Of a stretch of 64,000 nucleotides of DNA, positions 57,239 to 64,000 are shown piece by piece. Numbering within the stretch: position 1 is the first letter of the stretch; each line of letters starts with the position of its first letter. The notes under the pieces were generated by a model, which did no database searches, was not told the origin of the DNA, and saw nothing but the letters and a program-made list of their open reading frames with translations. Location of the stretch: IMG/VR virus record IMGVR_UViG_3300010158_000051, positions 1 to 64,000 of that record; one strand, given 5' to 3'. A program made the translations under genes and the position numbers. The stretch comes from a virus.

Positions 57239-57761
57239 TGGGTGCATACAATCGTTGTCCCGATTGTGGGAGTTTAAAGAAGCGTCACATGCCATTAGGG
57301 GATAAAAAGGTGTGCATTGATTGTTATAATGAATATGCAGCATTTGCATGGTTAAAGGAGCAAAAAGAAAAAGATGGATAAAAAAAAGTTAAGAATGGGA
57401 ATAAAAAAGGCACAAACAATGAAAAAATGCGATCACACTTGGTATATGAAAGAGCCAGAAATCCAATGTACGAAATGTCTAGAAGTCTGGGAAAGTGATG
57501 ACAAATGACCCACGATTGCATATTTAATTTAGATTTAGATGGGCAGGTAACTTGTTCTATATGTGGCGCGATGGATGATGATATGGATAATAGTATGTTT
57601 GAAACACAGGTGGATTTTGAATGAATGAACGAGAGTTGAGAGAAGAATTAGTTAAGCAGCTTGAAGTCCTTAAATACAAGGTGGATGGCACCCCAATGGA
57701 GTCCATAATGGCTCATTTATGGGTAAATAAGTGTATAGAGATTGTAAGACCGAAAGATTGA
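57238..57761 (+). CDS. Four coupled microproteins (57238-57381, 57374-57508, 57505-57624, 57621-57761), three with Zn-ribbon motifs
   Basis: CPDC..CIDC; CDH..CTKC; HDC..CSICG; overlapping start and stop codons. Confidence 0.6.
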
Positions 57762-57832
57762 GCAAAAAGCAGGAAGGATATTTGCCTTGTCAGGATTACC
57801 CAAATACGGTATAATTAATACGGTATGGTAAG

Positions 57833-58054
57833 GTGGTTGAATTTATGGGTTGGTTATTTTTGCCGTTGGCAATAAATTTCTTTTTTCTTTGGAAACTAGA
57901 AAAACACGATCATGATATGGCTAAAAAGCACTTTGGCGAATTATATAAACAATACGAGAAGTTAGGCAAAAAATATGAAAAAGAACAACGTAAAAACATC
58001 GCAGCGGGGATTAAAGAGAGATTCAAAAAACAAAGCCCGAATAATCAGGGCTAA
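57833..58054 (+). CDS. Small membrane-anchored protein
   Basis: N-terminal TM; promoter TTGTCA-17 nt-TATAAT at 57787-57815. Confidence 0.55.
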   Translation: MVEFMGWLFLPLAINFFFLWKLEKHDHDMAKKHFGELYKQYEKLGKKYEKEQRKNIAAGIKERFKKQSPNNQG

Positions 58055-58146
58055 TAAAAAACGGGATTGGCACCACATGGTAGCCCAAGTAAAGTTTATG
58101 CAAGATTATATGAAGAAGGTACAAGACGGCGGGTCTGGAAGTAAAG

Positions 58147-58712
58147 ATGCCTAAAGAATCAAGTATAATGAAGATGGATTGGAAAGCTTTAGGCTATTGG
58201 CCTGTATATAAAGATGGTAAATTAGTTTGGGAGAAACAAAAATGAACTGGATACAAGCAGCAGTAATATTTGGTCCAATTATATTCCTATTAGTTGCCTT
58301 TTGGGATGACATTAAATGAGCGAAAATAATGGAACAGTATTGTTTGTTTGTCCCTCATGTGGCAAGTCAAACAGAATAAAATATAATGATAAGATAGTCT
58401 GTAATAGTTGCATATACGGGGAGAAGAAATGAGCGAAAAAGTGGAAAACAACATAATCAATTTACCCATAGAAAATAAGGTCACAGATGAGGAATTTAAC
58501 CTATTTATGGAAGCTTTGTTAGGACCATATAAGGGTGGAGGATATAACCCAGAATGAGTTACATGCACACATATGAGTACGAATGCACATGCGGATACAA
58601 GGTAAAGATGGAGATCCATAAGGTCCTTGATAAGCATCATAATCAGTGCGTTTGCGGGAATACAATGGATTTAAACTTCTATATGAGAAGTCCAGATACG
58701 AGAGCGGAATAA
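58147..58712 (+). CDS. Five ATGA-coupled microproteins (58147-58245, 58242-58319, 58316-58432, 58429-58557, 58554-58712)
   Basis: Exact 4-bp overlaps; two carry Cys-pair Zn motifs and one is a single TM helix. Confidence 0.6.
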
Positions 58713-58713
58713 A

Positions 58714-58917
58714 ATGGAAACCAAAGAAAAGACAGTTTGTTATACATATAAGGTAGAGATGATTGTCCAAGTATTGGCTGATAGTGAAGAGAAAGCTAAG
58801 GCTATGCTAGATGATAAGGGTGGATATGTAACCCGTCGTAAAGTCTCAATTATAGACTCAGTAGCCCTGCACAGCGGGGATACTCTAAAAGTAGCAAAGG
58901 GCGGGAATGATAAGTAA
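58714..58917 (+). CDS. Hypothetical protein
   Basis: Coupled ORF. Confidence 0.55.
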   Translation: METKEKTVCYTYKVEMIVQVLADSEEKAKAMLDDKGGYVTRRKVSIIDSVALHSGDTLKVAKGGNDK

Positions 58918-59305
58918 TACTGAATGGCTTATACTAGGCATAATGCTCCCTTATACTATAGTAATAGTACTAGGTATACATAGATATGAAGCTAAGCTTA
59001 AGAGAATAAAAAATGATCTAGATATTCTAGAAACAGATTTTTTTGACTTATATAATGAATACTGCAATAAGAGCTCAAATGCACAACATTACACTCAAAT
59101 TCAGCTAGATAATATAGACCTACGTAAGACCATATCCGACCTAGATGTTGCCAATAAGTTGCTTCAACAGCAAAATAGGCAATTAAAGGAATCTCTAGCC
59201 CAATCCCGCCTTCCCCAATATGAGTCTAGTGTCTATCAGAATAATCTATGGGCTAATCAACAAGAGTTAGAATTAGAACACAAATACATTAAGGATAAAC
59301 CATGA
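58907..59305 (+). CDS. Membrane-anchored coiled-coil protein
   Basis: N-terminal TM followed by heptad repeats. Confidence 0.55.
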   Translation: MISNTEWLILGIMLPYTIVIVLGIHRYEAKLKRIKNDLDILETDFFDLYNEYCNKSSNAQHYTQIQLDNIDLRKTISDLDVANKLLQQQNRQLKESLAQSRLPQYESSVYQNNLWANQQELELEHKYIKDKP

Positions 59306-59593
59306 GCTTCGTAATACTTGCAGTGATTATATTGATTTTAATTGCAGTTGTTCCGTTAGATAATGATAAGTAAAGGAAATATGGATTATTTAAAAAAGAT
59401 TCCCACCGAATGTAAGCACAAGATAACAGTTGTAGATCAAAAACTTATCTGTGCTTATTGTGGTGAAGCAATTAAACTATAATAAGATAAATATACATTA
59501 TATAAGCTATATTCTATGGTTTAAAGTGGAGTAAAGTGGAGTATTGTGGAGAATAAATACAGTAGTTATTATTTATTTAACAATTCATTATAT

Positions 59594-59607
59594 GTTTCAC
59601 GTGAAAC
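59594..59607. promoter_or_regulatory. parS: parS centromere-like site
   Basis: Perfect GTTTCACGTGAAAC palindrome (15/16 match to TGTTTCACGTGAAACA). Confidence 0.75.
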
Positions 59608-59634
59608 CATGTTATAGAACGATACATGATGGCG

Positions 59635-59985
59635 TTCGTAATGTCAAGTCCATATACGCATAAAATATGTGATTAATATCACACATAATATGCCTATAAA
59701 ATTGGACAAAATAGGACAAAATGTACACAAAATAGGGTTATTTTGTCCATATATTGAGATATATTGTGTGAATTTGATCACATTTAATGTATCTCTATTT
59801 TTGTATACATTATATGATCAACATCACACTTTATATGCTTGACTTCCAGCGAAATTTATGCATCTTCGTAATGTCTGCATATTTGAATATACATTTATAT
59901 AGACATATGTTTCTCCAGGTATTATTTGGTATGTTCGTAATGTCTGGAAAGTTCCAGCGAAATTCCCGCCCCTTCGTAATGTCTG
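59635..59985. repeat. TTCGTAATGTC x4 and TTCCAGCGAAATT x2 direct repeats
   Basis: Copies at 59635, 59865, 59934, 59973 and at 59844, 59952. Confidence 0.85.
59668..59828. promoter_or_regulatory. Cluster of CRP/GlxR-type boxes (59668-59683, 59767-59782, 59813-59828)
   Basis: Two perfect TGTGA-N6-TCACA and one TATGA-N6-TCACA. Confidence 0.65.
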
Positions 59986-60021
59986 GATCTGAGCTACGCC
60001 TGCTCCTGCGTTTGGAAATGC

Positions 60022-60058
60022 GAGAGACCCCCACACCCAACATGTGGAGGTCTCTCTT
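60022..60058 (-). terminator. Hairpin ending the minus-strand gene block
   Basis: GAGAGACC-C-CCACA...TGTGG-A-GGTCTCTC. Confidence 0.5.
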
Positions 60059-60086
60059 GGACTTGGCGGAAAAGCCTGAACGCCCG

Positions 60087-60380
60087 TTATGTCAGCATGA
60101 ACTCATTCATTGGTTCATCTTTTCTGACCATTCCCGTAAGGCCCAACTCCTCTAAGGAATACTTTAATTGCTTACACATCTGGTGAATTTCTACCAGTGG
60201 CATTGGTACCATTTCTTGGTCAGCCATTAGGATTACATAGTTAACTAAATAACCTAACATGGCCTCATTTACGTAGCGGTTTTCTCTTGTCATTTTAAGT
60301 GCAAGAATAGCGGGACTAACTCTTTGGTCCGCCAACCCTGCAGTAATCTTGTCATGTAGTTTTTGGTCAACGCTTGCCAT
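60087..60380 (-). CDS. Hypothetical protein
   Basis: GAGGAG RBS; coupled ORF. Confidence 0.6.
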   Translation of the reverse strand: MASVDQKLHDKITAGLADQRVSPAILALKMTRENRYVNEAMLGYLVNYVILMADQEMVPMPLVEIHQMCKQLKYSLEELGLTGMVRKDEPMNEFMLT

Positions 60381-60577
60381 TATGGATACTCCTCTTCGAA
60401 AGACAATGGTATCATATCATCTTCTAACTCGTCAACTCCTAAATCAATAAGTAACTTGGCTATGATGTTATGAGCTGCGATATTCTCAGTCTCGGACCCA
60501 CCCCATAAAAGCTTTTGGGCAAGTGCCAACTGACGATTTAGATGCTGATCACTGATCTTCATCTTCTTCCTCCTCAA
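60380..60577 (-). CDS. Hypothetical protein
   Basis: Coupled ORF. Confidence 0.55.
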   Translation of the reverse strand: MRRKKMKISDQHLNRQLALAQKLLWGGSETENIAAHNIIAKLLIDLGVDELEDDMIPLSFEEEYP

Positions 60578-60914
60578 GGTCTTCTACGGGGATAACGATA
60601 TCTCTATCAATCATCCAGTCCCATATGTGCTCGTCTAGGTCTTCTGTTCCATACTCCAGTGTGAAGCCATTCTTGTCTGCATCTTCCCAGAACATTTTAA
60701 ATATATCATGCATCTCAAGGCCAGGCTTGATAACATATTCATCATCAACGTTTTCCAAATGATTCTTGTACTTGTCAACAACTATATCCCAGGTCCATAC
60801 CCAAACCAGGGACGGGAATACAGGAAGGTCTGTAATCAATGCTGATATAGTCTGTAACTTATCATAGATATCCCACATACGTGTTTCATCTTGTAGATCT
60901 AATTCATTATCCAT
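60549..60914 (-). CDS. Acidic hypothetical protein
   Basis: GAGGAG RBS. Confidence 0.6.
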   Translation of the reverse strand: MDNELDLQDETRMWDIYDKLQTISALITDLPVFPSLVWVWTWDIVVDKYKNHLENVDDEYVIKPGLEMHDIFKMFWEDADKNGFTLEYGTEDLDEHIWDWMIDRDIVIPVEDLEEEEDEDQ

Positions 60915-60995
60915 TTAGCACTCCTCACATAGTACATCGCCATAGGGAATAGATTTCCCACATTCACAACACCAGTCTTCATCATACATTCCCAT
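60915..60995 (-). CDS. 26-aa Cys-rich microprotein MGMYDEDWCCECGKSIPYGDVLCEEC
   Basis: Exactly fills the gap between neighbours; two CxxC pairs. Confidence 0.55.
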   Translation of the reverse strand: MGMYDEDWCCECGKSIPYGDVLCEEC

Positions 60996-61270
60996 TATCC
61001 TTTTGCCTCCCTATCAGCAATTGCAAAACTTAGGTCATATGTCATTTTATATAGTGCAGTTAAAGCGTCAAGGAAGCCTTCTGCATATTTTCTTTCAAAC
61101 CCGTCCATTGCGTCAGAGTAGTCATTCTCTTCCTCAACTTCAACAGCATTTGAGTACTCTTGCTCCCAGATAAGCATTAGGTTCTTAAGTTCACCGTGCA
61201 TTATATCTAGTGGGTTAATCTTGTAATTAACCAAACGTTGTAAATGTGGTGCCAACTCTTGCTTTTCCAT
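60995..61270 (-). CDS. Hypothetical protein
   Basis: Coupled ORF with its own promoter at 61311-61334. Confidence 0.6.
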   Translation of the reverse strand: MEKQELAPHLQRLVNYKINPLDIMHGELKNLMLIWEQEYSNAVEVEEENDYSDAMDGFERKYAEGFLDALTALYKMTYDLSFAIADREAKG

Positions 61271-62055
61271 TATGATTCTACCTTTCGATATTCAGGGACT
61301 TTGGTTTCCAAGTATACACTGTGGGTCTGACATTCTGCTACAGCCTCAAGGTCTGCCTCGCCAAGCCAATTGCAGTTACTACAGATTTCACCACATTCAT
61401 TTTCGCAATAATCTAATGTATTATATGAATCACAATCTCTGCATTGATTATCATATTCAACTAGTTCTTTTACATTACCACGAACAATCTCATACTCCCC
61501 ACCCCAACCTGTCTCTTCCTCAAATTCTAAAGTAAGCAGGCAGTTAGGAACAAGATTAGATAGTTTAGTTAAGATAGTTACAGCAGGTGACCATGCTGTT
61601 TCATATTTGTAGACAAGCCAGTTATCTTCGCCTTCTGATTTATATTCAAGTAACTCCGTATTTGGATACTCATCTTCATCACGAACGGCTACATCCCATT
61701 TGGTTCCCCAATTTGAGTTGTTCCATGAATACCAGTCTTTTTGAGTTTTTGCATGTGCAACTTCTTGTGCAAACCAATTAGGGTCTTTCATATCTGCCCC
61801 AGACCGTGTAGGTTGGCAAGCATATTCCTCATCTGTAATACCGTCGTCTTTATACGAATGGATATTAAAGAAAGAGAATACAGGATTAGAGTAACTAACC
61901 TGTGTAACTTTGGTCGGGAATCCAGAAGATGAAATATCACCCATACCATATGTCTCTTGTGCTAATGTAAAAGGTTTATTCAATCTATCCTTAATCATAT
62001 CAACTTCTGATTTAGGACCTTGTATAGTTAATGTGTTATATACCCAGTTTGGCAT
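61270..62055 (-). CDS. DUF1281/YubB ferredoxin-like domain protein with a C-terminal Cys cluster
   Basis: MPNWVYNTLTI, WYSWN..NWGTKWD and ETAWSP motifs. Confidence 0.75.
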   Translation of the reverse strand: MPNWVYNTLTIQGPKSEVDMIKDRLNKPFTLAQETYGMGDISSSGFPTKVTQVSYSNPVFSFFNIHSYKDDGITDEEYACQPTRSGADMKDPNWFAQEVAHAKTQKDWYSWNNSNWGTKWDVAVRDEDEYPNTELLEYKSEGEDNWLVYKYETAWSPAVTILTKLSNLVPNCLLTLEFEEETGWGGEYEIVRGNVKELVEYDNQCRDCDSYNTLDYCENECGEICSNCNWLGEADLEAVAECQTHSVYLETKVPEYRKVES

Positions 62056-62080
62056 TGTTCTTACTTTCTCTTAGTTGGGG

Positions 62081-62269
62081 TTAGTTATCTGAATCTAATT
62101 CAGCGATGATTTCATTACAAGCATAAGCGATTTCGTTGAATACTAAGTCGCCTTCTGCATTTACTGATGATAGGGCTTCAATGTCCATTTGAGTTTGGAT
62201 AATACCTGCCTCATCTGTGAGTTCGGGTAGTTCAATGTAGTATTTAGCAGATACATAAAATCCAGCCAT
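62081..62269 (-). CDS. Hypothetical protein
   Basis: GAAAGGA RBS and promoter at 62299-62322. Confidence 0.6.
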   Translation of the reverse strand: MAGFYVSAKYYIELPELTDEAGIIQTQMDIEALSSVNAEGDLVFNEIAYACNEIIAELDSDN

Positions 62270-62304
62270 TTTGTTTCCTTTCGTTGGTTTATTGTCCTAT
62301 TGTA

Positions 62305-62547
62305 TCAGAGGGCACTGACATTTTCAATAGCATCTTGCTTAAAGTACCAGCCAAGTGACCTGATTGATAGGTTAATCTCTGATTCAGGATACCTCTTGAT
62401 CATCCAGTTCAAAGCTTGGGCGGGATTCCGAAATTCAGCATAGGAACTATGATATAGAGAATCCCTTATATCTAAACCCCACATGTTTATTCCACCTGGG
62501 GAACATGAATAATCAATTTCGTAAAGTTCTGCATTCATAGGGTTCAT
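62305..62547 (-). CDS. Hypothetical protein
   Basis: ORF track; fits the gene block. Confidence 0.5.
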   Translation of the reverse strand: MNPMNAELYEIDYSCSPGGINMWGLDIRDSLYHSSYAEFRNPAQALNWMIKRYPESEINLSIRSLGWYFKQDAIENVSAL

Positions 62548-62605
62548 AATACCATATCGTAAAGGTTACTGTCTAGTAGCATCTCATTATATGAGATATA
62601 TTTCA

Positions 62606-62621
62606 TGTGATAAATATCACG
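62606..62621. promoter_or_regulatory. CRP/GlxR-type box
   Basis: Intergenic TGTGA-TAAATA-TCACG. Confidence 0.55.
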
Positions 62622-62725
62622 TCTTCATAATCCCGTGATTAAATATACATATCCGTAATGTCCGATTTGTATGCTTTTGTCGGCACGGCTGTGCCCACTT
62701 TGTCAAGTGGGACACGCCTGGCTAT

Positions 62726-62881
62726 TTAATCAAAATATCCTTCTGCCCAAAGCCCATCCAAAAAGCTTTTCACCATGTTTAATCCAATAGTGATTCCTTC
62801 TTGTGCAGGTGGAATATAAAGCTTTGATTGTTCTACCATGTCAGACATGATGTTTAGATCTTCTAAATCATACCCCAACAT
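62726..62881 (-). CDS. Hypothetical protein (start MLGYDL)
   Basis: AAGGA RBS; ends FLDGLWAEGYFD. Confidence 0.55.
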   Translation of the reverse strand: MLGYDLEDLNIMSDMVEQSKLYIPPAQEGITIGLNMVKSFLDGLWAEGYFD

Positions 62882-63236
62882 GGTATTCCTTGACTTCCTG
62901 TTGGTATTCAATGAATGAATCAAACGAGTGCCAATTACCATCATCACAAACTTCTTGTGTGATTAGATTTACTTCTACTGTTGTGTCAAAGTAATCTTGG
63001 TCTGCTTTTGCTAAATAGATTCCGAAACCAGTTTCCTCGTCCCGTCCCTCTTTAGTTAGTTGGTCTATGATGTTGCGAAGTGCGTATGATGTATCACCAA
63101 TGTTTAGCCGCTTGCTTGCGAATAACAAAGCGTGTGCCAAATCTTCACGCCAAGAAGTTTCGCCCCAATGTGAATACAGCACAATGTTTGGAAGTTCCTC
63201 ATCTGTCTTGAATACGAAATTGACTCGTGCTCCCAT
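62868..63236 (-). CDS. Hypothetical protein
   Basis: MGARVNF...LYSHWG. Confidence 0.6.
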   Translation of the reverse strand: MGARVNFVFKTDEELPNIVLYSHWGETSWREDLAHALLFASKRLNIGDTSYALRNIIDQLTKEGRDEETGFGIYLAKADQDYFDTTVEVNLITQEVCDDGNWHSFDSFIEYQQEVKEYHVGV

Positions 63237-63368
63237 TACATTACACCCCCGATTGCGATTAGAATTGCGATTGCGATTACGCCTAGAATTATGAAGTTTG
63301 TCATTTGCCTATCCTATCAGATTGGGGGTGGGGAGTCAATGACCCCCCACCCAAGAGAAGTTATCTAA

Positions 63369-63785
63369 TTAGAGATACTTAGCAATCTGCTTCATAGTGG
63401 AAGCATTTACTGTTTCCTCATCTGTCATACGCAAGATAGAGAGGGCATTGTTAATTTCCTCTACAATTTCATTGTATGTGTGTTGGTGCATTGTTGTAAA
63501 ATCACGCTGTGGCTCTGCTGGGAACTCAGTTTCTTTTACAATCAAATCAAAATCAACATTAAGAGTGTTGTTCCAAGAACGATAGTTTGTGCGGAAGTTT
63601 TCAGCCTTCTTGATGTTAGCGATAGCAAACTCGCCAACTTCCTTACGCCATTTTTCCCGTGACTTTTCATACTTGGCTTCATTTGCTGATTGTTCAGCAT
63701 AGTCCTTTTTGATTGTTACCAACTTTGTTTCCAAAGCCTTGATTACCTTTGGTGTTGCTACCTTTACTGTGATTGCTCTACTCAT
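63369..63785 (-). CDS. Hypothetical protein
   Basis: AAAGGA RBS; own promoter at 63818-63840; downstream hairpin at 63322-63354. Confidence 0.65.
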   Translation of the reverse strand: MSRAITVKVATPKVIKALETKLVTIKKDYAEQSANEAKYEKSREKWRKEVGEFAIANIKKAENFRTNYRSWNNTLNVDFDLIVKETEFPAEPQRDFTTMHQHTYNEIVEEINNALSILRMTDEETVNASTMKQIAKYL

Positions 63786-63817
63786 TTTTTTCCTTTGTTA
63801 GTTGGGTTGGAGGTTTT

Positions 63818-63938
63818 ATTATACCAGAGGGGTCTGACATAAACTTAGGTGCTAGTTCTTACTTACGACATTGGGCTAGAACTCTAGCAAACTGCCCCTG
63901 TTTCGTTATCCCCTATTATAGCGTAGGGGTCTGACATT
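63818..63938 (-). promoter_or_regulatory. Two tandem TGTCAG-N10-TATAAT promoters flanking a structured element
   Basis: Minus strand reads ATGTCAGACCCCTCTGGTATAAT and AATGTCAGACCCCTACGCTATAAT. Confidence 0.7.
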
Positions 63939-64000
63939 ATGCCTCGTATTTGGGCATACCTACCCTGACTTCTTTGTGATTTACAGCACTTAGGATTTTA

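Noticed and set aside
59521-59555. DnaA boxes in the hub
   Set aside because: The GTGGAG repeats do not match TTATCCACA/TGTGGATAA well enough.
59635-59985. Mini CRISPR array from the TTCGTAATGTC repeats
   Set aside because: Repeats are only 11-13 bp with irregular spacing (230, 69 and 39 bp).
59787-60155. ORFs across the non-coding hub
   Set aside because: No RBS, and the repetitive peptides simply mirror the DNA repeats.
1-64000. Stop-codon recoding, integrase/lysogeny module, DGR, retron or transposase
   Set aside because: Core genes are intact in code 11 and use TAA, TAG and TGA as stops; no integrase, reverse transcriptase or transposase motifs were seen in this window.

Overview
The window is a 64-kb internal segment of a large, AT-rich, long-tailed (siphovirus-type) phage genome read with the standard genetic code. 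Gene content and order resemble the large actinophages of the Streptomyces BE/BK type. WhiB, an actinobacterial-type parS site, CRP/GlxR boxes and the low GC content point to a low-GC actinobacterial host, possibly a freshwater one (inference). Layout: 1-25 kb virion genes (capsid C-terminus, head-tail joining, major tail, frameshifted tail chaperones, tape measure, minor tails and fibres, a glycosyltransferase); 25-38.6 kb replication and recombination (DnaB, primase, SSB, DnaE, RecA, resolvases, Cas4-like nuclease); 38.6-43 kb sugar/nucleotide modification genes and terminase; 43-56 kb accessory region (5 tRNAs, structured RNAs, Hsp20, Dps, CHAP endolysin, GroES, WhiB, thioredoxin, HslV-like protease, surface proteins); 56-59.5 kb a coupled chain of microproteins; 59.5-60.1 kb a non-coding hub where the two transcription directions converge; 60.1-64 kb minus-strand small genes. 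The most unusual signals are: (i) a perfect parS palindrome with clustered CRP boxes and phased repeats in the hub; (ii) a fixed-spacing phage promoter class TGTC[A/T]G-N10-TAnnnT; (iii) two modular proteins punctuated by hydrophobic-x-Lys junctions and sharing an S[IL]W[DG]G[VA]F motif, which are candidate protease-processed capsid cargo; (iv) unannotated structured RNAs, namely a 124-nt RNA inside the tRNA cluster and a covarying pseudoknot present twice. All product calls come from motif recognition and synteny by eye, not from database searches.
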